From NCBI GenBank assembly GCA_018056375.1, contig JAGPFQ010000001.1, positions 360,340 to 424,339 of the forward strand: a stretch of DNA of 64,000 nt, in the 5' to 3' direction. The translations under genes were made by a program, and so were the position numbers. Source of the stretch: Candidatus Dojkabacteria bacterium (GTDB lineage Bacteria; Patescibacteriota; Dojkabacteria; SC72). Below are positions 56,621-64,000 of the stretch, in pieces (the first letter of the stretch is position 1; every line of letters begins with the position of its first letter). The notes beneath the pieces were generated by a model that was not told the DNA's origin, made no database searches, and saw nothing but the letters and a program-made list of their open reading frames with translations.

Positions 56621-58939
56621 TTACTTTTCTTTTCTACTTCCTTTAAGACCAAATTTTCTAAACATGTCTTTTTCTTTGGTATACACTATATCATCTCTTT
56701 GACCTTTGTATACTGGTAGTGTGAAGAAGAAGGTTGTACCCTTACCGACTTGACTCTCTACCCATATTTTACCATCCATCATTTCTATTAAAGCAAAAAC
56801 TACATAGAGACCTAGACCTGTTCCTCCTGGACTTACTATTGGATTCTCTTTATCCTCATTAATATATTTTTCCACCCTATGGAATTTAGTACCTAGTTTT
56901 GGTATCTCTTCTTTGGGGATACCTTTACCTGTATCAATGACACTTACCTTTACATATTCACCATCATTCTCTGTTTTTACAATGATAGAGCCTTCATCTG
57001 TATATTTGACAGCATTACTGACTAGATTATCTATAATCTCTACTACTCTCACTCTATCTGCAAATACATCTTTTGTATCATCGTCTATATCAGATATTAG
57101 TTTAAGCTCTTTTGCTTCTGCTTGATATTCATATGCATGTATGACTGATTCTATCTGTTCTGGTATTGAGACTCTCTCCTTGTTTAAATCCATCTTTTCA
57201 CCTTCTAACTTAGCACTAGAGAGTAATGTTTCTATCAATCGTATTTCATTCTCAATACTATTCTTTATCCTATCCAAGTATTTTTTGAAGTTTTTAGGAT
57301 TACTATCTATATATTTTTCTAGTAGAGATGCATTTAGTTTTACTACAGTAGCAGGTGTTCTTAATTCATGACCCATGATATCTAACATATCTCTTTCTTT
57401 TCTTCTAGCTTCTTCTAATTCTAATACTGTTTGTTGAAGTTCTTGTGTTTGTTCATTTACTTTTTGTTCTAAAGTGCCACTAAATTCTTGAATTTCATCA
57501 TATAATATTGCCCTTCCTATTGAAATACTTGTATTATCAACCATTCTCTCTAGTATCTCTATCTCATCCAAAGCTAAAGGATATTCATCCTCCCTATAAC
57601 CCAAAATTAGCAAACCATTAAATCTAGTCCTCGTATTAAACGGATATAGTACAGCGATCTTATGTTTATCCATAAAATCTAACACCTGAATTATATTCTC
57701 AGGTATTTCGCTTCCTTGTAAAATATTCCCTTTTCTAACCTCATCAGCCACAATCATATTCCCAAGCCTTGCTTTGCTCCAAAATTGAACAATATTCAAA
57801 AGATCTTTCATTGCGAAATCGCCTGATTGAGGGTATGAAAAATATTTCTCTGTAAAACTAACTTTGTCAAACAACAAAATGCCAGATTTAGGGATATTGA
57901 ATAAAGCTTTTACACTCCTTTGAAGATTAACTAAAATTCTATCCATTGTTAACTCTACACCACTAACTTGCAAGAAATTCCTTTCTACAACCTCTCTTTT
58001 TTTTCTTGCTTTGTCAATAAAATCAAGTAGCAGATCCATCATTTTTTTGAAGATATAGAAATAGAAAGCAGTGAGTAATAGTGCAAATACAAAAATAGCA
58101 AGAAATCTGTCCGAGTTTAAATAGTAGCCAGACTTTAAGAAAACGGTAAAGAAAAGCAGAGAAAAGTATATAAAGACTAACTTTAATATAGACACAACAA
58201 CGTTACCAAGAATGACAGGAATCCTAACAAATCTACTTTGGAGAATAGGATATGCAGCTCCAATTGTAAAAGGAATAGCAAATAGTGGTCCTAAAACAAA
58301 ATACTTCGTGTTTCCTGTCATTATAGGAATAAAATAGTCTACAATCACTAAAGGAACCATCATAAGCAGAGCACCAATGATATAAAATCTTACTTGGGCT
58401 TTTTCATATCCAGTAAATGCTTTACTTTTAAATAAGAAGTATGGCGCTATTAAAAGAATTCCTAAAACATTCGGCAATGTATATATCCAGTAATCAGGTC
58501 CCATTTTAGCTACCGAAATAAAACTGTCTGGATAGTGTACTACACTATCTATAACAGAGTTCTTAACTAATAGAACATATATACTTGGAATTAATGTTAA
58601 AACAATAGGTATAACATAATACATAAGTTTTCCTTCAATTTTCCTTGGGAAATAATAAGCAAAAAGTAATTGGGTAAATAACATACCGTAAGAAGACACG
58701 TATACCATCTTCAACCATATCTTTGGAGAATATACAATCGGATTATTATAAAAATAGGTTAAGATAATCCATATCGCAATAGAAAAGACGTTCAATGCAT
58801 AGACAATATTGTTTGATTTTCGCGGATTTCGTAACAGAACAAAAACACCCAAAACAATGTTAACCACTGCAAAAAACAAGGTTATTATGCCTATGATATT
58901 TATATTCATATCAAAAATCTTTAATTTTTTATTTAACAA
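56621..58939 (-). CDS. Sensor histidine kinase: N-terminal multi-TM sensor, GAF-like region, HisKA + HATPase_c
   Basis: H-box MGHELRTPATVV; N/G boxes (NLVSNAVKYT, DTGKGIPKEE, GGTGLGLYVV); ~7 N-terminal TM helices. Confidence 0.85.
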   Translation of the reverse strand: MLNKKLKIFDMNINIIGIITLFFAVVNIVLGVFVLLRNPRKSNNIVYALNVFSIAIWIILTYFYNNPIVYSPKIWLKMVYVSSYGMLFTQLLFAYYFPRKIEGKLMYYVIPIVLTLIPSIYVLLVKNSVIDSVVHYPDSFISVAKMGPDYWIYTLPNVLGILLIAPYFLFKSKAFTGYEKAQVRFYIIGALLMMVPLVIVDYFIPIMTGNTKYFVLGPLFAIPFTIGAAYPILQSRFVRIPVILGNVVVSILKLVFIYFSLLFFTVFLKSGYYLNSDRFLAIFVFALLLTAFYFYIFKKMMDLLLDFIDKARKKREVVERNFLQVSGVELTMDRILVNLQRSVKALFNIPKSGILLFDKVSFTEKYFSYPQSGDFAMKDLLNIVQFWSKARLGNMIVADEVRKGNILQGSEIPENIIQVLDFMDKHKIAVLYPFNTRTRFNGLLILGYREDEYPLALDEIEILERMVDNTSISIGRAILYDEIQEFSGTLEQKVNEQTQELQQTVLELEEARRKERDMLDIMGHELRTPATVVKLNASLLEKYIDSNPKNFKKYLDRIKNSIENEIRLIETLLSSAKLEGEKMDLNKERVSIPEQIESVIHAYEYQAEAKELKLISDIDDDTKDVFADRVRVVEIIDNLVSNAVKYTDEGSIIVKTENDGEYVKVSVIDTGKGIPKEEIPKLGTKFHRVEKYINEDKENPIVSPGGTGLGLYVVFALIEMMDGKIWVESQVGKGTTFFFTLPVYKGQRDDIVYTKEKDMFRKFGLKGSRKEK

Positions 58940-60329
58940 GAACTCTACTTCTTCTTAATACCAAAGGATCTTGATGCTTGCACATTCTCAACATTGTACC
59001 TCCATCAACTTCCCCTTCTGGACCAGAATAAATATCTTTACTTACTTTTGTAAAGCCAAAGTCTTCGTAGTTCAAAGGTGACTCTAACACTTCAGCAACC
59101 ATATTATTTTTGTCTACAGCATCTAACATAGCTTGGTGATAATCAAATGGAGTCGTTTCAACCTCCATATTTATCTTAGACAAATCTGTTGCTGATTTTA
59201 TTGCTTTTAACACCTCACTAAACATCTTCCTGTCAGTCTTAAGCAAGTGAGCTAACCAAGTATACATCCTTGCAGAACCATCAGAAGAAACTTTGTCAAT
59301 AAGAATTTGATTATTCTCATCTACACTGAATCTATATCTATGCAGATAGTTATAAGGAATATGAGGGAAATATCTTTTAGAATACTCTTCAGATAAATCC
59401 TTACCTACAGAAGCCTTTAAAATTTCTTTAAGATGTGTTACAGGAGAAATATTAACCCTTATTCCAGAATCCAAACCAAGAGTACCTATATATAAACCTC
59501 TTTCACCTTTATTTTGTAGAACATTAGATACTATTTCTTCTGTCGCTGATTTATCTATATATTGAAAACCATTATCTACAATCAATGCGTCAAATTTAGT
59601 TGAATTCAACGAGTCTTTCTTGGATGCAGTTATAGCATCACCAATTTGCAATATTATTGTTTTATCCTTCTCTAGAAGCTCCTCTGGAGCATCTCCATTA
59701 ACTATATGGATCTCATACCTATCTTGTTCTGGTAACATTTGATTCCACACTTCAAAGTTCAAAGCTCCTACTGCAATAGAATCTGCAGATAGATCCGTTG
59801 CTAACAAGTTTGCAGATACACCCATTTGATATAAACGAGCAATTAGACTTTTATCAGCAACAGATGCACCACTGAAGAAAGACCTAATGTGAAGTAATTT
59901 ATCAGGAGATTCTGCTTTTAAGTCTGCTAAATGAACCGCCATTTCATCAGTATACCCAATAATGGGTTCAATCGTATCCGTTACCATTACACGTCGTAAA
60001 ACACCCATAACATAAGGCTCACTTTCAGAAAACTTCATCCAGCTTTCCAAATGAAACCCAGCTTCCATCATTTTTTCTTTTAATTCCGTCGATACTGAAG
60101 CAATTAAACGTGTTGTTTGTGGAGACATAGTATATGGATAATCATGTGCTACAAACTTCTTGTACTCTTCGTCCCATGCTCTATCATGCGTATAACACTC
60201 TTGTACAAACTCTGGATTTATTTCAATCCTATAACTAGACAGCCCATCCTTATACTTTTCCACTACTAAATTGACCATGCTATCTTTCTCTTCCCATTCA
60301 GAATTACTGATATAAGTTTCTTGCTCCAT
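58929..60329 (-). CDS. Hypothetical protein (466 aa), translationally coupled (11-nt overlap) to the downstream sensor kinase
   Basis: Intact ORF with no recognisable motif; operon position only. Confidence 0.5.
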   Translation of the reverse strand: MEQETYISNSEWEEKDSMVNLVVEKYKDGLSSYRIEINPEFVQECYTHDRAWDEEYKKFVAHDYPYTMSPQTTRLIASVSTELKEKMMEAGFHLESWMKFSESEPYVMGVLRRVMVTDTIEPIIGYTDEMAVHLADLKAESPDKLLHIRSFFSGASVADKSLIARLYQMGVSANLLATDLSADSIAVGALNFEVWNQMLPEQDRYEIHIVNGDAPEELLEKDKTIILQIGDAITASKKDSLNSTKFDALIVDNGFQYIDKSATEEIVSNVLQNKGERGLYIGTLGLDSGIRVNISPVTHLKEILKASVGKDLSEEYSKRYFPHIPYNYLHRYRFSVDENNQILIDKVSSDGSARMYTWLAHLLKTDRKMFSEVLKAIKSATDLSKINMEVETTPFDYHQAMLDAVDKNNMVAEVLESPLNYEDFGFTKVSKDIYSGPEGEVDGGTMLRMCKHQDPLVLRRSRVLVK

Positions 60330-60627
60330 TAATAAACAACAATTAATTTATATAAGAATGAACTTTTAGTAGTCTAGTATATCTCCATCAAAAGCGGTTA
60401 ATAGCTCAAGATATATACAAACTAACATGTATACAATATCTCATAGATTAGAGAAAAACACAAACAAATAATGGAAATCTTTTAACCCTTGATAAAGAGT
60501 ACTAATAGAGGAATTAAGAATAACAAGGAGTAAGCTAATATATACTTATTACTTTTCTTTTCTGTTTTATTCATATTCTAAACCATCTAGGTAAAGCGAT
60601 ACCATTCTACACATTTTTTTCAGCTTG

Positions 60628-62133
60628 TCAAATACGGATAACATACTGACCATCCTCTTTATCCAAAACCTCATACCCCATCTTTAGTATTTCTTCCCTT
60701 AAGACATCTGACCTCTCCCAATCCTTATCTTTTCTAGCTTTTTCCCTATCTTCAAGAACTATTTTTAAATCTGCAATCTTCACTTCAGACCAATGTACCT
60801 CACTTTTCTCTTTACTCCCTTCTAATACTGTTTTCTTCAAATCCAACCCTAAAACCTTATCAAACTCAAAAGCAGTAGCAACTATGTCTTCTGACTTCAA
60901 ATCAGATTTAATAAGTTGATTTAAAAGAGCTAGCATCTTAGGTGTATTAAAATTATCTGATATGGCTTCTTTAAAGTTATTCACATATTCTTCATTTATA
61001 TTCCCCTCCATGCCTCCATACAGTTCTGTAAGTGTTTTTACTGTACGAAGATATACTTTCTCAGCTGACTTCAAAGACTCTATACTAAACTTCATAGGCG
61101 ATTTATAACTAGATGTCAGGTAGTACCATCTCAAACCCATCAAATCAATACCAAGCTTCTCTATCTCTTCTAAGCTTAATGCGTTACCCTTACTCTTAGA
61201 GAGTTTCTCTTCACTTGAAGAATACACAAACTCATTATGAAGCCAATACTTAACCACATCGTGTCCAAATGCTCCAACATTCTGAGCTATCTCATTTGAA
61301 TGGTGTACTGATACTAAATCTGTCCCTCCTGTATGAATGTCAATTTTCTCACCAAGCAGTGTCCAACTCATAGCCGAACACTCGATATGCCAACCAGGAA
61401 AACCATCACCCCAAGGGGAATCCCAATGCATCATGTGATTCTCGTACTTTCCATACCTTTTCATCCATAGAACAAAATCTGCAGGATTTTTCTTGTAAGG
61501 GTCTTCTTTGACTTCTTCTCTCACAGCAATCTGTTTCTCTTCTAATTTCTGACCTGAAAATTCAAAATATTCCGGAAAGGTTGAAATATCAAAATACAGA
61601 GCTTGTTCAGTTTCATAGGTATGACCATTTTTCTCTATTAAAGATATTAAAGTTATCATTTCATCTATATAGTCAGTAGCTCTAGCCCAACCTAACTTAG
61701 CCCATTCTTCTTTAGACATATTCTCAACATCAACATTTTCTTCTATGGAAGAGCCATCTGGATTTAAAATATTTACTTTCCTAAAACTTTCAAGAACACG
61801 AGAAATATATTTATTAGCAATTTCCATAGCTGCTACATTTTCTTTTTTAGCCTGTCTTTCAATCTTGTCTTCCCCAAAATCAGCATCACTAGACATATGA
61901 CCTACATCGGTGAAATTTACAACTCTTTTTAAGTTGTACCCCATATACCTAAGAGCTCTTCCTACAACATCAAAATTTAGAAGAGACCTTAGATTTCCTA
62001 TATGTACAGTATTGTAAACTGTAGGACCACAACTATACATACATACTTCCTCATCTTTATAGGGATCAAAAGCAACTTTCTGCTTACTCGGTGTATTATA
62101 TATTTTAATTGAAATTGGCTTTTCCTTCTTCAT
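60628..62133 (-). CDS. cysS: Cysteinyl-tRNA synthetase
   Basis: [18 protein letters not shown] (HIGH), KLSKSKGN (KMSKS), Zn-binding Cys/His context WHIECSAM; 501 aa. Confidence 0.9.
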   Translation of the reverse strand: MKKEKPISIKIYNTPSKQKVAFDPYKDEEVCMYSCGPTVYNTVHIGNLRSLLNFDVVGRALRYMGYNLKRVVNFTDVGHMSSDADFGEDKIERQAKKENVAAMEIANKYISRVLESFRKVNILNPDGSSIEENVDVENMSKEEWAKLGWARATDYIDEMITLISLIEKNGHTYETEQALYFDISTFPEYFEFSGQKLEEKQIAVREEVKEDPYKKNPADFVLWMKRYGKYENHMMHWDSPWGDGFPGWHIECSAMSWTLLGEKIDIHTGGTDLVSVHHSNEIAQNVGAFGHDVVKYWLHNEFVYSSSEEKLSKSKGNALSLEEIEKLGIDLMGLRWYYLTSSYKSPMKFSIESLKSAEKVYLRTVKTLTELYGGMEGNINEEYVNNFKEAISDNFNTPKMLALLNQLIKSDLKSEDIVATAFEFDKVLGLDLKKTVLEGSKEKSEVHWSEVKIADLKIVLEDREKARKDKDWERSDVLREEILKMGYEVLDKEDGQYVIRI

Positions 62134-62187
62134 ATATTTATTTTATTGAATTATAAAGCAATTTAAGATTTTTCTAAAGGTTTACAA

Positions 62188-62769
62188 TTACAAACCAATT
62201 TCATCACTAATCTCATTAAGAGAGTCAATAGCTATCTCTATAAACTCTTCTAACGATATACCTACCTTCTCAATATCATATATTAAGTCTCTTCTAACAG
62301 CCTTCGCAAAATCTTTTTTCTTTAACTTCTTCAAAACACTCTCAGTAGTAACCTCTGATATCTTCTTGTTAGGCTGTACCAATGCACATGCTACTAAGAA
62401 ACCAGATAGGTTCTCAGATGCAGAAAGTGCATAATCCAACCTACTCTCTCTCTTCTGTTCAACCTTAGGATTATCTTCATAGTGTGCTTTAATAGCATGA
62501 TACATATCTTCCGGAATATCCTCACCTCTAACTAATCCTTCCATCTCTAATATTTTGTCAAACTCAACAACATGTCTCTCTGGATCTTTGTCAACATAAT
62601 CATAATCAATATCATGAAGAAGACCCGTTAATCCCCACAATTCTTCATCTTCTTTAAAATGCTTAGCTAAAGCCCTCATAATCTGTTCACTCTCCCTCAT
62701 ATGCATCTTAAGCCAAGGTGTTGAAATATACTTATCCATTAACTCAACTACTCTATCTCTGTTTATCAT
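62188..62769 (-). CDS. HD-domain phosphohydrolase
   Basis: H..HD motif context LTGLLHDIDYD with upstream His (MHMRESEQIM) candidates. Confidence 0.6.
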   Translation of the reverse strand: MINRDRVVELMDKYISTPWLKMHMRESEQIMRALAKHFKEDEELWGLTGLLHDIDYDYVDKDPERHVVEFDKILEMEGLVRGEDIPEDMYHAIKAHYEDNPKVEQKRESRLDYALSASENLSGFLVACALVQPNKKISEVTTESVLKKLKKKDFAKAVRRDLIYDIEKVGISLEEFIEIAIDSLNEISDEIGL

Positions 62770-62830
62770 TATTTTTGTAAAGAAAAATTATTTAAAAATT
62801 ATACACTAAAATACATACACATATGGAAAA

Positions 62831-62907
62831 TGGTCGGGGTGACTCGACTTGAACGAGCGACCTCTTGTACCCCATACAAGCGTTCTAGCCATCTGAACTA
62901 CACCCCG
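62831..62907 (-). tRNA. tRNA-Pro (anticodon GGG), CCA 3' end genomically encoded
   Basis: Manual fold: acceptor CGGGGTG/CACCCCG, D-stem GTTC/GAAC, anticodon stem CTTGT/ACAAG with loop ATGGGGT (U33, GGG, G37), T-stem GCTCG/CGAGT with loop TTCAAGT, discriminator A + CCA. Confidence 0.85.
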
Positions 62908-62988
62908 GTTCCATATTATACACCAAAAGCTCCTCTAAACCACTTCTTAGTGGTATATGCTTACATGAGAATATTACTCTTAATACCC

Positions 62989-63999
62989 TTACTTAATCTC
63001 AAGAATCACCTGATTTGGACTAAGACCAGCACTCAATCTATACTCATACTTCTCAGTCAAACCAGTAAAGAGATAGCTACCAGCACTATCACTACTAGCT
63101 GTGATTTTAAATGGTAAAGCAAATGTTTTACCTTTTCCACCTACCTTATCCATTTTAACATCCTCAAAGAGAACAACTAAATCGCCATCATCATTCAAAG
63201 AAGCCTTAACACTTGGAATAGGTGTACCTGAAGCTGAAACTCCCCATACAAACTTCATAACTCCACCACCTGCACTGTATGAGTAACTCAAAAGAGATCC
63301 CTCACTACCTCCTTTAATCTCCTGATCCTCCCTGGAGAACGCTTCACTACCTAAATCAACATCAACATCTCTCTCTCCAGGATACTTAACATTAAGTACG
63401 ACTTCCCACTTACCATCAGTACTACCCTCTTTAGCTGTCAACTTAAACACTGTCTCATCCTCTACGCCAACCTCATATATACTCCTCTTCTCAATCCCAG
63501 AAACTGCTCTGTAAAGTTTAGTAATACCATTAACATTAATATCTCTCTTACCTTGATATGGTATACCACTACTATCCTTCTCAATATTGTAAAAATCAAC
63601 TCTAACAACTCCTGAAGTAGCATTGTATGTAGCTACTGCATGTGGTTCTTTCTCCCCACTTAATGTAAAGAGGAAGCTGTGATAACCATCCTCTTTAGAG
63701 TCTGTAATACTTTCTAAAACAAATAGGTCTTCCTCATCTCCTAATTCACCAACCTCTTGCTTGCTTGAAGAATAGCTGGAAAAATCCGTATCACTCTCAA
63801 TTTTAGATACAACTTTCTTCTTCCCACTATCCTTCTTGTCATCCTCAAAAACTTCTTTTACCAATTTTCTTTCCTCTTCCTGTTCCTGGGTTGTATCCAC
63901 AGGTTTCTCATCTACATTCTTGTTCTTAGTCACAATGTAGGCAACTAACCCACCTACAACAACCAGAATGATTAAAATATATATGTAAGATTTTTTCAT
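62989..63999 (-). CDS. Membrane-anchored protein: N-terminal TM helix, acidic/Ser-rich low-complexity linker, C-terminal beta-rich domain (same architecture as 3498-4508)
   Basis: MKKSYIYILIILVVVGGLVAYIV; EEERKLVKEVFEDDKKDSGKKK...DTDFSSYSSSKQEVGELGDEEDL; globular C-terminus. Confidence 0.55.
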   Translation of the reverse strand: MKKSYIYILIILVVVGGLVAYIVTKNKNVDEKPVDTTQEQEEERKLVKEVFEDDKKDSGKKKVVSKIESDTDFSSYSSSKQEVGELGDEEDLFVLESITDSKEDGYHSFLFTLSGEKEPHAVATYNATSGVVRVDFYNIEKDSSGIPYQGKRDINVNGITKLYRAVSGIEKRSIYEVGVEDETVFKLTAKEGSTDGKWEVVLNVKYPGERDVDVDLGSEAFSREDQEIKGGSEGSLLSYSYSAGGGVMKFVWGVSASGTPIPSVKASLNDDGDLVVLFEDVKMDKVGGKGKTFALPFKITASSDSAGSYLFTGLTEKYEYRLSAGLSPNQVILEIK

Positions 64000-64000
64000 A

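Noticed and set aside
62830-63117. 95-aa plus-strand ORF
   Set aside because: It overlaps tRNA-Pro and the 3' end of the 62989-63999 gene, so it is an artefact.
1-64000. CRISPR array, rRNA, integrase/transposase, prophage structural genes
   Set aside because: I looked for short regularly spaced direct repeats, 16S/23S-like conserved stretches, and tyrosine/serine recombinase or DDE motifs. The only regular repeats are the coding ~150-bp repeats in the protease gene and the two hairpins at 50562-50627.

Overview
The window is a low-GC (roughly one-third GC), gene-dense bacterial chromosomal segment. Bacterial SecA, RecO, a two-component sensor kinase and M23/DsbA envelope proteins indicate a bacterium. 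Several archaeal-like or unusually sized housekeeping genes (archaeal-type ProRS at the left edge, an Elp3 radical-SAM/GNAT homologue, a Dcd-family paralogue pair, long-form RmlA, Ndk/CysRS/SecA with insertions) suggest a CPR/Patescibacteria-like or similarly reduced lineage (inference). Content from left to right: a partial proS; a nucleotide-sanitation and DNA-repair neighbourhood (ogt, two tandem dCTP-deaminase-family genes, UDG family 4, Nudix, ndk); a class II Fic protein with a C-terminal wHTH behind a consensus promoter and perfect palindromic operator; tRNA-Lys(CUU); a very large surface protein; recO; a sugar-phosphate transferase plus two GT4 genes; a zinc-ribbon/P-loop-kinase/HD cluster containing a ~170-nt intergenic inverted-repeat structured element; a LiaF/LiaG-like pair; secA; an M23 peptidase; a RhuM-family gene; the rfbBACD dTDP-rhamnose operon; a frameshift-disrupted S8 protease with six tandem FG-GAP-like repeats; a ~18-kb glycan-biosynthesis/export cluster (GT2/GT4 enzymes, three methyltransferases, UDP-sugar dehydrogenase, GtrB-like polyprenyl-P glycosyltransferase, two GT-C-like membrane proteins, Wzm/Wzt ABC exporter) interrupted by a DUF4143 AAA+ ATPase and tandem hairpins; then dsbA-like, an esterase, HIT, ferredoxin, an orphan sensor histidine kinase co-transcribed with an unknown 466-aa protein, cysS, an HD protein and tRNA-Pro(GGG). 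No CRISPR array, rRNA, integrase or transposase was seen. I could not identify one clear-cut novel system; the strongest candidates are listed in the findings with the tests that would confirm them.
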